Program-made: the position numbers and the translations under genes
Part shown: positions 1 through 9,896 of the stretch, piece after piece
Layout: every line of letters starts with the position of its first letter
Position numbering within the stretch: position 1 is the stretch's first letter
The notes under the pieces: generated by a model
The model's database searches: none
The model's input: the letters and a program-made list of their open reading frames with translations, nothing else
What the model was told of the DNA's origin: nothing
Source: an uncultured Spirochaetales bacterium
Lineage (GTDB): Bacteria; Myxococcota_A; UBA9160; UBA6930
Direction of reading: 5' to 3'
Length of the DNA: 64,000 nt
NCBI GenBank assembly: GCA_964615365.1
Contig: CAZTOU010000011.1
Location: forward strand, 29,671 to 93,670

Positions 1-133
1 AGTGAGAGCCCCACAACCGGGACGCATCCGAGATCTGCACCGCGGAGTGTTCCCCCTCGGGGAGAGGGCGCCGTGCTGGTCGTTCGGGGATCCCGTAACT
101 TCGGCCGGCAGCGGGGAGAGGTAGGGCGGGGCA

Positions 134-1483
134 GTGCAGATCGTGATCGTCGGCGGAGGACTGGTCGGCACTACGCTGGCCGAGAAGCTCTCGGGGGATG
201 GACACGACGTGTCCCTGGTGGAGCAGAGCGCTCGGGGTGCAGCCGAGCTCTCCGCGACCCTCGACGTGCGCATCGTCGAGGGAAACGGCGCCACCGCGGC
301 CGCGCTGCGGCGCGCGGGTGCCGCCGACGCGAGCCTGGTGGTGGCCACCACCGACTCCGACGAGGTGAACTTCGTCACCGGGCGAATCGCCGCATCGATG
401 TTCAAGGCGCCCCGCGTGGTGGTGCGGCTCCGCGACCCGGAGCACCAGGAGGCTTTTCAGGAACTCAGTCGGGCAGACGCCGTCGAGATCTTCTGTGTGA
501 ATCCCGAGGCGGCGGCCGTCGAGAAGATCGCCGCCCTCCTCGTGGTGCCGAGCGCCCTCGACGTGGTCTCCTTCATGGACGGGGATCTCCTGGTGGCCGG
601 CTTCCGCATCACCGAGAGATCCGAGTTCGCGGAGCGCCCCGTCTCGGACATGAAGCTCTTCTTCGCCGAGACTCCATCCCTGGTGGCGGCGATCCAGCGC
701 GGGGATCACGCCGTGGTTCCACACGGCGACGAGGAGATCCGGTCCGGGGACATCGTCTACTTCGCCATCGAGCGCACCGATCTCGCGGGCATGCTCGAGC
801 TGCTGGGAGCCCCTCCCGCCGCCCAGCACCGCGTGATGATCGCCGGCGCCAGCAGGATCGGTCTCGCCCTGGCGCGTCGCCTGGAGGAGAGCGAGCGCAG
901 CGTCACCATGATCGAGCCCGACGTGGATCTCGCCCGCCGTGCCGCCGATTCCCTCGGCGACACCCTGGTCGTCTGCGGCTCGATCACCAGTGAGGCGCTG
1001 CTCGACGAAGAGGCGATCGAACGGGTCGATACCTTCGTGGCCGTCACCGGGGATCACGAGGCGAACCTGGTGGCCTGCCTGCTCACCAAGCGCATGGGGG
1101 CCGGTCGCGCCTTCGGGCTGGTGGACAATCCGGCGCTGGCCAATCTGATCGGCGAGACCGCCATCGACGCGATCATCAGCCCGCGGCTCCTCGCCATCGG
1201 CCTGATCCTCCAGCACATTCCCGGCGCCCGGGTCCACTCCATGGCCGCTCTGCTGGGAGACCGGGTCGAGATCCTGGAGGCGGAGGCGGTGCGGGGAAGC
1301 CGCATCGTCTCGGCCGAGCTCTCGGAAGTGTCGCTTCCCCGTGGCATCCTGGTCGGCGCGCTGCGCCGCGAGGGCTCCCTTCTGGTGCCGCACGGCACCG
1401 ACCGGGTCGAGCCGGGAGACCGGATCCTGATCATCGCCACCACTGAGAGCGCGGCCAAGCTCACCGAGTTCCTGACCCCCTGA
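134..1483 (+). CDS. trkA: Trk-type K+ uptake NAD-binding subunit TrkA (duplicated RCK domains)
   Basis: 449-aa ORF. A Rossmann motif VIVGGGLVGTTLAEKL at the N-terminus is repeated mid-protein (VMIAGASRIGLALARRL). The GTG start is preceded by the purine run ggggagaggtaggg. Confidence 0.85.
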   Translation: MQIVIVGGGLVGTTLAEKLSGDGHDVSLVEQSARGAAELSATLDVRIVEGNGATAAALRRAGAADASLVVATTDSDEVNFVTGRIAASMFKAPRVVVRLRDPEHQEAFQELSRADAVEIFCVNPEAAAVEKIAALLVVPSALDVVSFMDGDLLVAGFRITERSEFAERPVSDMKLFFAETPSLVAAIQRGDHAVVPHGDEEIRSGDIVYFAIERTDLAGMLELLGAPPAAQHRVMIAGASRIGLALARRLEESERSVTMIEPDVDLARRAADSLGDTLVVCGSITSEALLDEEAIERVDTFVAVTGDHEANLVACLLTKRMGAGRAFGLVDNPALANLIGETAIDAIISPRLLAIGLILQHIPGARVHSMAALLGDRVEILEAEAVRGSRIVSAELSEVSLPRGILVGALRREGSLLVPHGTDRVEPGDRILIIATTESAAKLTEFLTP

Positions 1484-1579
1484 TTCCCGAAGCGCCCTCG
1501 CACTCGGTCCGAGAGACCACCCGGGTGTCAGGTATCCCGACGATTCGCCGATGAGACCTCCCAAGGGAGGGCTCGTCCG

Positions 1580-2848
1580 GTGGATGCTCAACGTCTCGAG
1601 TGGGATACCCCCATGTATCGCCTGGCGGTCGCGCAGCTGGATCGGACCGCGGAGCGGATGGCGCTGGACGACAACATCTGGGAGCGGCTCCGCACTCCCC
1701 AGCGGGCCCTGGTGGTCTCCTTTCCCTTCCGCCGCGACAGCTACGACAAGGTGGACACGGTGTTCGGATACCGCGTCCAGCATCTGCTCACTATGGGGCC
1801 TACCAAGGGCGGTGTCCGCTACGACCAGGACGTCAACCTCGGAGAGGTGACTGCGCTGGCGATGTGGATGTCCTGGAAGTGCGCGATCATGAACCTCCCC
1901 TTTGGCGGTGCAAAGGGCGCGCTCCGGATCGATCCCAACCAGCTCTCTCGCGCAGAGCTGCAGCGGGTCACGCGCCGCTACACCTCCGAGATCATCGACG
2001 TGATCGGACCGGACCGCGACATCGCCGCTCCGGATCTCGGCACCGATGCGCAGGTGATGGCCTGGATGATGGACACCTACTCCCAGCAGAAGGGCTACAC
2101 GGTCCCTGGCGTGGTCACCGGCAAGCCGATCGAGGTCGGTGGATCCTTGGGGCGCACCGAGGCGACCGGCCGCGGCGTGGTCACCTGCATCATCGAGGTC
2201 TGTCGGCATCTCGGGGTCCCGGTGGAGGGCGCCCGGATCGCCGTCCAGGGCTACGGTGAGGTCGGTCGCGTGACGGCCAGGCTGGCCAGCGAATTCGGGG
2301 CGCGCGTGGTCGCGGTCTCGGACGTCCGGAGTGGCGTCTACTCCCCGGGCGGCCTGGATCTGAAGCGGCTCGACGAGTGGGTCGCCGCCAACCAGTTCGT
2401 CGGCGGCTTCCCCGAGGCGGAGAGCGTCACCAACGCCGAGCTTCTGACCGTACCCTGCGAGGTGCTGGTCCCTGCCGCCGTGCAGAACCAGATCACCGAG
2501 GAGAACGCCGACGATCTCGAGTGCGGGATCCTGGTCGAGGGAGCCAACGGCCCCACCACCTTGGGGGCCGACGAACTCCTCCAGGACCGCGGCGTCTTCG
2601 TGGTGCCGGACATCCTCGCCAATGCGGGCGGAGCGGTGGTCTCCTACTTCGAATGGGTCCAGGGCCTCCAGCACTTCTTCTGGAGCGAAGAGGAGGTCAA
2701 CCTGAAGCTCATCACCCTGATGCGGACCGCTTTCGGCGACGCACTCCGACTGGCCGAGGAGAAGCAGGTGGATCTCCGCAACGCGGCCCTGATGCGCGCC
2801 ATCGATCGGATCCGCGAGGCCAAGCGGCGCCGCGGGGTATTCCCCTGA
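1580..2848 (+). CDS. gdhA: Glu/Leu/Phe/Val-family glutamate dehydrogenase
   Basis: 422-aa ORF with the family signature region NLPFGGAKGALRIDP and the dinucleotide-binding motif VQGYGEVG. An SD-like aagggaggg lies 9 nt before the GTG. Confidence 0.9.
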   Translation: MDAQRLEWDTPMYRLAVAQLDRTAERMALDDNIWERLRTPQRALVVSFPFRRDSYDKVDTVFGYRVQHLLTMGPTKGGVRYDQDVNLGEVTALAMWMSWKCAIMNLPFGGAKGALRIDPNQLSRAELQRVTRRYTSEIIDVIGPDRDIAAPDLGTDAQVMAWMMDTYSQQKGYTVPGVVTGKPIEVGGSLGRTEATGRGVVTCIIEVCRHLGVPVEGARIAVQGYGEVGRVTARLASEFGARVVAVSDVRSGVYSPGGLDLKRLDEWVAANQFVGGFPEAESVTNAELLTVPCEVLVPAAVQNQITEENADDLECGILVEGANGPTTLGADELLQDRGVFVVPDILANAGGAVVSYFEWVQGLQHFFWSEEEVNLKLITLMRTAFGDALRLAEEKQVDLRNAALMRAIDRIREAKRRRGVFP

Positions 2849-2891
2849 CATACCCGTCGAGCCGTGCGGCGGGACGAGACCCCTCCGATGG

Positions 2892-5264
2892 TCAGTGATC
2901 GGTCGGCTTCTCGAGGGGGAGCTCGTATCGCAGCAGCTCGGGGATCATCTCGGCAGGCACGGGTTGCGAGTACAGGTAGCCCTGCGCCTGGTGACATTGC
3001 AGCATTCGAAGCGCGGCTTCCTGCTCCTCGGTCTCGACGCCTTCGGCGACGACCTCCATGTCGAACATCCGCGCGAGCGTGACGACCGCCGCGGCGACCT
3101 TCGTCGCCCGACCCTCGAGCTCCACGTCGACGACCAGCGATCGGTCCATTTTGATGGTGTCGACGTCCACTCGACTGATGCAGGAGAGCGTCGAGTAGCC
3201 CGCTCCGAAATCGTCGAGGGAGATGTGGATTCCAGCGGCTCGCAGGTCGCGGAGATGGGTCATCATCACGATGTCCTCGTCGAGAAGGGTTCGCTCCGTG
3301 ATCTCGATCTGCGAGGGATCGATCTGGTACTCCTGGAGCCTCGCGAAGACACCACCGCCGAAGCTCGGATCGCGCAGCTCCTCGGCCGACACGTTCACCG
3401 CGACCCGCACCGCTCCATGGCCCTCCGCTCTCCAGCGCGCCAGGGTCCGGCAGGTCTCCGTCAACACCCACCGTCCGATGCCGTGAATGCTCCCGCTCTT
3501 CTCCGCGATCGCGATGAACTCCTCCGGCGACACGAACCCGAGTTCGGCGTCGGTCCATCGGATCAGAGCTTCGAGCCCGCTGACCCTCTTGGTGACCAGA
3601 TCCACCTTCGGCTGGAAGAGCAGATTGAAATCACCGGACCGGATCGCCCCTCGGAGCGCCCGACTGACCGTGGCCTGGCGGTCGATCTCGTGCTCCATGC
3701 CTCGGTCGAAGAAGCGAAACTGTGCCCGCCCCTGGCTTTTCGCGGCCTGGAGCGCGAGGTCCGCTCGCCGGAAGAGCGAGGAGACGTCCCGGCCGTGGTC
3801 GGGAAACATCGAGATTCCCATGCTGATGCTGGACGCGAGCTCGTGCTCTTCGCACGCCGACACCTCGTGCTGGAGCTGGGCCGCCACGTGCTCGGCCTCT
3901 TCGGCGGCCGAGCTCCCCGTGATCAAGAGCGCGAACTCGTCGCCTCCGAGACGGCTGGGGAAGGTCTCGATGGTTGCGTGCTCCCTTCCACGCGCGTTCC
4001 GAAGGGCTTCTGCCACTCGCAGGACCAGCGCGTCACCTGCCGCCTGACCCTGCAGATCGTTCACGGTCTTCAAGCCGTCGACATCCACCGCAATCAGCGC
4101 GAGGGGGTGAGCATCGTCCCCGGTGTCTTCGAGGATCGCGGTGAGGCGCTCGCGAAAGAACTGCCGGTTCGGAAGCCCGGTCGGCTCGTCGTAGCGAGCC
4201 GCATGGGCGATCGACGCCTCGGCTTCACGGCGCTTCGTGATGTCGCGCAGTGCCACGACTTCGACGATGCTGGACTCTGCGTCGTGGCTTCCGGGGTAGA
4301 CGCGGAAGTCGAAGTCGCGTGGGCGCTTCGTCGTTGGATCGAGTAGCCGGAGATCCGTATGACGGCCGTCACGTCCGGCGGAGACCTCGAAGCCCTGCCA
4401 GACCTGGCCGAGCTCCGTTCCGAGGATCGACGCGATCGGCGCGCCGAAGAGTCGTGCCCCTGCTGGATTGGAGTGGACGACCCGTCCCTCCCGGTCGATC
4501 AAGACCATGGGATCGCCGCTCATCTCGAACAGGGCTCCGGTAGCCGAGGGAAGGAGTGGCTTGATGCGGTCGCGAAAGACGACGCCGAAGAGGACGATCG
4601 TGCTGACGAGAACCGCAGCGGGAGTCGGATCGACGGGGGAGCTCGGCGTGAACAGATGGAGTGCGTTGAGGCTCCACGGAACCCCGATTGCCGCGATCAG
4701 GGCTGCGCTCTCCGCGTGCGACGCCGCCCACACCCGCGTGGCGCGCATCCCCAGAAGTGCGACGGACACGCCCACGCACGCGTACGAGAAGTAGGTGTGG
4801 ATCCAGAACCACGGCCCTTCCACGGTCGTGAGCACCGTCAGGCTTTCGACGGGAACGATCTCGGTCGACGCCCAGATCAGTCCATGGAGCGGGTTGGTCC
4901 ACACCAGGGAGGTCGATCCGACGGGAAGCGCCACGAGCGCCGCCCACGCGCGGCCGGAAGCTCTGTAGCGGAAGGCGAGCGCCAGAGTGACGAGGAGGAC
5001 AGAGGGCGGAACGAACGCGACGCCGGTAAGGGCAAGCCGGTGGAGATGCTGGACGGCGACCGGGCTCGTCGCCAGGAGCTCGAGCGCATAGGCGACGGAC
5101 CAGAGTGCCGCCGCAAGGAGGAGCACGACGAGGGGCGTCAGGGATTCGGAGCGCTGACCCGCGAGCGTCCGGTAGACGGGGAGGCGCCGCGACCACAGGA
5201 GGAGGAGGCCGAGTGGCAGGATGACTCCCAGGAGGAGCATCGTATAGACCAGAAGCAGTTGCAC
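2892..5264 (-). CDS. Membrane-anchored PAS-GGDEF-EAL c-di-GMP signalling protein
   Basis: 790-aa ORF. About 230 aa of hydrophobic multi-TM N-terminus, then a PAS-like segment, an intact GGDEF motif (RLGGDEFALL) and EAL domain motifs (LEALIRW, DDFGAGYS). Confidence 0.9.
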   Translation of the reverse strand: MQLLLVYTMLLLGVILPLGLLLLWSRRLPVYRTLAGQRSESLTPLVVLLLAAALWSVAYALELLATSPVAVQHLHRLALTGVAFVPPSVLLVTLALAFRYRASGRAWAALVALPVGSTSLVWTNPLHGLIWASTEIVPVESLTVLTTVEGPWFWIHTYFSYACVGVSVALLGMRATRVWAASHAESAALIAAIGVPWSLNALHLFTPSSPVDPTPAAVLVSTIVLFGVVFRDRIKPLLPSATGALFEMSGDPMVLIDREGRVVHSNPAGARLFGAPIASILGTELGQVWQGFEVSAGRDGRHTDLRLLDPTTKRPRDFDFRVYPGSHDAESSIVEVVALRDITKRREAEASIAHAARYDEPTGLPNRQFFRERLTAILEDTGDDAHPLALIAVDVDGLKTVNDLQGQAAGDALVLRVAEALRNARGREHATIETFPSRLGGDEFALLITGSSAAEEAEHVAAQLQHEVSACEEHELASSISMGISMFPDHGRDVSSLFRRADLALQAAKSQGRAQFRFFDRGMEHEIDRQATVSRALRGAIRSGDFNLLFQPKVDLVTKRVSGLEALIRWTDAELGFVSPEEFIAIAEKSGSIHGIGRWVLTETCRTLARWRAEGHGAVRVAVNVSAEELRDPSFGGGVFARLQEYQIDPSQIEITERTLLDEDIVMMTHLRDLRAAGIHISLDDFGAGYSTLSCISRVDVDTIKMDRSLVVDVELEGRATKVAAAVVTLARMFDMEVVAEGVETEEQEAALRMLQCHQAQGYLYSQPVPAEMIPELLRYELPLEKPTDH

Positions 5265-5346
5265 GAGGAGCCCCCTCGTCCGTGAAATCGGCCATCCGCG
5301 GCGGGGACTTGACGGACGAGTGGGCGATCGAGCCCGGAAGATCGGG

Positions 5347-5922
5347 TCAGAGGCGGAGTCGCTGCCTGTGTCGGCGACTCGAGATCCGACTCAGCAGTGC
5401 GCCGAGCGCCATACCGGTCGAAAGCACCAGGGCCCCGGTGATCCATTCGGCCCAGCGCTCACCGGCGCGGAGCCGGTAGTTCTCCTTGGTGAGCCGCTCG
5501 ATCTCCGTCGCCTGCTCGGAATCGTTCGTGGAGAGCTTCTCGCTGCGCTCGCGGAGCGTGGACGTCTCCGTGTCGGCCTTCTCCAGAGCGTCGCGGAGGC
5601 TCGCTACCTCCGCCTCGAGTTGCTCGAGGCGGAGGGTGGGCGGTGGCTGCGGATCCAGATAGCCGCCGGGAATCCATCCGTCTTCGCCCTCCGCGGTCTT
5701 CACCTTCGTCCAGTTCTCGGTGCGCTTCATCACCTGCAGCGCGTCGCCGGTCACAACGACCCCGAGGATGCGGTACTGGGCGCCCGGCCCGCTCCGCAGG
5801 TTGAGCCGCACCTCGCCACGCACCCACGCCGACTCCGCGGCCGCCGGAAGGGCGGCCAGCAGCGCCAGGAAGCAGAGCGCAGCGATCCCTGCGACGAGCC
5901 GCATCAGACTGATCTTCAGCAT
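5347..5922 (-). CDS. Bacterial SH3-domain protein with coiled coil and C-terminal TM anchor (YgiM/TIGR04211-like)
   Basis: 191 aa: signal peptide, an SH3b-like segment (LNLRSGPGAQYRILGVVVTGDALQV..WTKV), a heptad-rich middle and a hydrophobic C-terminal helix. Confidence 0.7.
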   Translation of the reverse strand: MLKISLMRLVAGIAALCFLALLAALPAAAESAWVRGEVRLNLRSGPGAQYRILGVVVTGDALQVMKRTENWTKVKTAEGEDGWIPGGYLDPQPPPTLRLEQLEAEVASLRDALEKADTETSTLRERSEKLSTNDSEQATEIERLTKENYRLRAGERWAEWITGALVLSTGMALGALLSRISSRRHRQRLRL

Positions 5923-6020
5923 GCCGGCTTTCCTCCTCCACCCGCCCGGATTCGCCGGGATTGTATCGGTCTCGCTCTCGGATGGGAGGCCCGCAGGGGA
6001 TTCCCCATAGTTCGAGCTAA

Positions 6021-7334
6021 GATCGGGAGTCTTGTTCCGCCGCCACCGCCGGGGTCTTCGGGAGCGAGCTGGGACGCTCTCCGAGAAACCTCCGGGTCGG
6101 GGCGCTCGGCGACTGGATGAAGTCGGCCGACCCCGCGACCCGCGTCTTCTCCGTTTCCGGGAAGGACCGCGCCGCCATCACCCTGGCGGGGCACTCGCCG
6201 GATGCCGCCTACTGGTTCAACGGAATCGGCGCGGTCGGCTTCACCACCAGCCGATACTACCTGTCCGATCTCCCGCAATGGGTCCGGGAGTGGAACGGGC
6301 AGAGCCCACCCCGGGACGGCTTCCTGGCGCGGCTCCCCCACACCTGGGAACACCTCACCGACGTCGGCGAAGCGCCGCAGCGCCCCGACGACTTCCCGGG
6401 CGAGTCGGAGCGTTTCCGGCGCACCAGCGGCCACCCGCTCCGACACGAAGATCCCGAGGAGTTTGCTGCACGCCTGGCGGCATCCCCCTTCCTGGACGGC
6501 GCGATCCTCGAATTTGCCACCGCGCTGGTGCGAGAGGAGAAGCTGGGGCGCGGTTCGTCGCCCGACCTGCTGGCGCTCTCCCTCTCGGCGATGGACTACG
6601 TGGGGCATCTCTACGGCCCCGAGAGCCACGAGTCGCGGGACGCTCTCCGCCGGCTCGACCTCGCCCTCGGGCGCTTCCTCGACTTCCTGGAGCGGGAGCT
6701 CGGTCCGGGCACGGTGCTGGGCGTCCTGACCTCGGACCACGGAGTGCTGCCCCTCCCCGAATGGCTGGAGCGCACCGGCGAAGGCCAGTGCCCCGTCGCG
6801 GGCGGGCGCCCCGACTTGAGTCGCCTGGCCTTCGTGCTGCTCGGGAAGCTCCATTTCGAGCTCAGCCCGCTGCTCTCGATTCCGCGTCCGTGGCTGATCT
6901 TCGCGGGCTCCAAGCTGGGAGTCGATCGCGCCCTCGCCGAGCGCCACGGCGTCCCGGTGTCCGACGCGGTCGCCGCCGCGGAGCGGATTCTCGAGGCGGA
7001 GCCCTCCATCGCGGCGGCGTGGACCGCGGAGGAGATCGAGCACGGTACGGATTCCTTTGCGCGTCTCTACCGTAACTCCTGGGTCCCGGACCGCAGCGGC
7101 GATCTGATCATTCAGCTCGCGGCGGGCTGTCTCATCTCTCGAGAGGACGAGGGAACCACCCACGGTACGCCGTACCTCTACGACCGGGCGATTCCGCTCG
7201 TCTTCTGGGGCCCCCGGATCGAGGCTGGCCGGGTGCCCGGACCCGCCCGCACCGTCGACATCGCCCCGACCCTGGCGAGGCGGCTGGGAATCACCCCCCC
7301 GTCCGACCTCGACGGCCACCCCCTGTTCGACTGA
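6021..7334 (+). pseudogene. Alkaline-phosphatase/NPP-superfamily phosphoesterase, apparently 5'-truncated
   Basis: The frame opens only at 6021, after a TAA at 6018-6020. It retains the distal metal-ligand motifs (MDYVGHLYGP, LTSDHGV, THGTPY) but lacks the N-terminal DG.R / catalytic Thr-Ser segment. Only about 100 nt separate it from the divergent SH3 gene, so the missing ~130 aa have nowhere to be encoded. Confidence 0.55.
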
Positions 7335-7373
7335 AGGCCACCCAGGCTGCATCGCGGGCGGCGAACGGAGCGA

Positions 7374-7449
7374 TGGCTCCCCGGGTAGGACTCGAACCTA
7401 CGACCCAGCGGTTAACAGCCGCTTGCTCTGCCAGCTGAGCTACCGGGGA
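7374..7449 (-). tRNA. tRNA-Asn (anticodon GTT), CCA encoded
   Basis: The reverse complement reads TCCCCGGTAGCTCAGCTGGCAGAGCAAGCGGCTGTTAACCGCTGGGTCGTAGGTTCGAGTCCTACCCGGGGAGCCA. This gives a cloverleaf with anticodon loop CTGTTAA. Confidence 0.95.
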
Positions 7450-7507
7450 ACGAAGGGAGGGAAGTCTAGAAGCTGGAGCGGGGAGTGCAACGAGGTCGTC
7501 CCGCGCG

Positions 7508-8812
7508 CTATTCCGGCGCGATCGCCTCGACGACCTTGGAGGGAGGGGCCTCGGAGCCGTCCTCGCGGACCAGGATCACCTGGTAGCGGTAGCGGCGGCC
7601 GGGCTTGATCTCGCGATCGGCGAATTCCTCTCGGGGGACCTGGGCGATCTCGTCGCTGCCGAAGGTTCCGAGACGCAGGATCCGTGCGGCGGCGAAGCCC
7701 TCCTGGACCTCCGGGCTCCAGTGCAGGTAGATGGCGTCCTCCCGCGCCTCGGCGCGCAGTCCGTAGTCCACGCTCTCCACCTCCATGGGATCGGACGGCT
7801 CGCTCTCGAGGCCGTCTTCGTCGACGGCCACCACCGCGTAGGAGAGTCGTTCGCCGGCACCGATATCGCGGTCCTCGGCAGCGATATCGTCGGGCTCGAG
7901 GGTGGCGACGATCTCCTCGGAGTCGGCGTCGGAGTCCTCGCGCATCCGCAGCAGCCGGTAGCCGGCGATGTCCTTCTCCACGTTGGGCTCCCAGGCCAGC
8001 CGGTTCGATCCGAGCTGCTGCGCCGCAAGCCGCAGGCCGATCGGGGGGAGGGGCTCGGGCTTGGTCACCGCGCGGACGGTGGGAGTCGCTTCGCCCACGC
8101 CGCGGGCGCTGTTCTCGGCGGCGACCCGGTAGTAGAAGACGCGCAGCGCACCGAGCCCCTCGTCGGCGTAGGTCGTGGAGAAGGGACCGTCGAGCCGGGC
8201 GATCATGAGGTACTCCCCCTGCTTCGAGGGGCTCCGGTAGACCAGATAGCCCGCAGTCGTGGGGTCGAGGGACGGTCGCCAGGAGAGAGCCACCTCCCGT
8301 GGCTGGAGGCTGTAGGCCTGAAGGCCCTCGGGCGGGGCCGGTGGCGGAGCCGTGGCCGCTCTGATCGGAGCGGAGGCCTCGCCGATTCGGCCGCCGGAGT
8401 CGAAGACGCGCACCTGATACCGGTAGCCGGCGCCATCTCCGAGATCGGCGCTCCCTCCGTTCGATCCCCCCTTGGGAGCGAGATCCTTCCCCCGGTCGAC
8501 GTAGCGGGTCTCGAAGCGCCCCTGGATCGCGGCGATTCGCTGGAAGGGCTCCTCCTTCTCCTCGGCCCGCTCGATCACGTATCCACACACGTCGCCCGTG
8601 AGCAGGGGGTCCCACTTGAGGGGAACGGATCGGAGCTGCCCCGAGATCGCTCGCAATCCCTCCGGTGCCGGCAGCTCGGCCGCGTGGAGCTCCACCAGAA
8701 CGGGGATGAGGGGGTCCTCGGCCCCCCGAAAGAGCTCGCGCGCGCGCTCCACGTCCAGAAGTGTCGAACACCCCAAGCTCAGGGAGACTCCAAGCACGAC
8801 GGCGAGCCTCAT
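7508..8812 (-). CDS. Lipoprotein with about four fibronectin type III-like repeats
   Basis: The internal Met followed by MRLAVVLGVSLSLGC (lipobox) is the likely start. Repeated Ig-like modules of about 95 aa each carry W.P......GY.(V/L)YR patterns. The start lies 5 nt from the upstream TPR gene stop. Confidence 0.75.
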   Translation of the reverse strand: MRLAVVLGVSLSLGCSTLLDVERARELFRGAEDPLIPVLVELHAAELPAPEGLRAISGQLRSVPLKWDPLLTGDVCGYVIERAEEKEEPFQRIAAIQGRFETRYVDRGKDLAPKGGSNGGSADLGDGAGYRYQVRVFDSGGRIGEASAPIRAATAPPPAPPEGLQAYSLQPREVALSWRPSLDPTTAGYLVYRSPSKQGEYLMIARLDGPFSTTYADEGLGALRVFYYRVAAENSARGVGEATPTVRAVTKPEPLPPIGLRLAAQQLGSNRLAWEPNVEKDIAGYRLLRMREDSDADSEEIVATLEPDDIAAEDRDIGAGERLSYAVVAVDEDGLESEPSDPMEVESVDYGLRAEAREDAIYLHWSPEVQEGFAAARILRLGTFGSDEIAQVPREEFADREIKPGRRYRYQVILVREDGSEAPPSKVVEAIAPE

Positions 8813-8816
8813 CGGA

Positions 8817-9896
8817 TCACGGCGCCTCCCCTCCGGCGACGACGGGTGCGTCGCGGAGCCGCTCGAGATTCTCCAGCAGCCTCTCCGCACGGGCGACGTA
8901 CTCCAGCGCCTGGGCGTTGTCCGGATCGATCAGCAGTGCGTTTCGCCACTGCTCCAGGGCCGCCTCGAGATCCTCCTGCTGGTAGTGATCCCGGCCCGAC
9001 TCGATCAGCGCCGTCACCGAAGGCAGCCTGCTGCGCAGCTCCGAGAGATGGATGCCGGCGATCCGATGGCTCGGGTTGACCTCCAGGGCCCGGATGTCGT
9101 ACTCGATCGCCTTGAAGAGATTCCCCGCGCGCTCGGCGCCGAGGGCATTCTGGAAGAAGCCCTCGGCTCGGATCTCCGCGTCCGTGGCGTCGAGCTGGGG
9201 CGGATCGGAGTGGCGCGCGTCTCTTCCGCGCGCGGACTTCTCCTCGTCGCGAATCTGGGCGATGAAGGAGAGGTGGCCCCGGGCGGTCTCGTTCTGGGGA
9301 TCGAGCTCGAGCACCCGCTGGAAGGCGCGTTCGCCGCTCCGGTAGTTGCCAGAGGAGAAGGCGCGCCGTCCCTTGGCCACCAGCGGCTTCACCAGGCGCC
9401 GCAGCGTCTCGTCGAGCTGACGCTCTTCCGTCGCGAGCCGGGGATCGAAGGGGTCGAGGGTGCGCAGGGAGGCCAGGTGACGCCTCGCCGCGACCATGTC
9501 GTCCGCCTCGTAGGCTTCGGCGAACTCGGTTCGCGCTTCTTCGCTGAGTGTCGCCAGCCTTCGAACCAACGACTGCACGGTGTCCAGGGTGGCGCGATCG
9601 CCCGGCTGGAGCTTGAGGGCGAGTCGGTAGTTGAGGACGGATTCCGCAAGTCTCCCCCTCCGCTCGTAGTAGCCGCCCCGCTTCTTGAACAGCACCACCA
9701 GCTGCTCGAGCTCGTTCTCGACCTCCGCGATGCGGCTCTGAATCGCCTCGTGGTAGAGGCTGTCGCTGCCGACGCTTCGCCAGCTCTCGAGCGCCGCCAC
9801 GCGGTCGCCCTCCCGATAGCGGCGCTCTCCCAGCTCGAGGGAGTTGATGCAGGAGACGAGGGCGAGAAGGAGCAGCAGGGAAAGGGCGCGGCTCAC
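8817..9896 (-). CDS. TPR-repeat lipoprotein
   Basis: 359 aa with a signal/lipobox (LLLLALVSC) and multiple 34-aa TPR-like repeats (A..Y..AL.l.P....A). Its start overlaps the upstream cyclase stop by 4 nt. Confidence 0.75.
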   Translation of the reverse strand: MSRALSLLLLLALVSCINSLELGERRYREGDRVAALESWRSVGSDSLYHEAIQSRIAEVENELEQLVVLFKKRGGYYERRGRLAESVLNYRLALKLQPGDRATLDTVQSLVRRLATLSEEARTEFAEAYEADDMVAARRHLASLRTLDPFDPRLATEERQLDETLRRLVKPLVAKGRRAFSSGNYRSGERAFQRVLELDPQNETARGHLSFIAQIRDEEKSARGRDARHSDPPQLDATDAEIRAEGFFQNALGAERAGNLFKAIEYDIRALEVNPSHRIAGIHLSELRSRLPSVTALIESGRDHYQQEDLEAALEQWRNALLIDPDNAQALEYVARAERLLENLERLRDAPVVAGGEAP

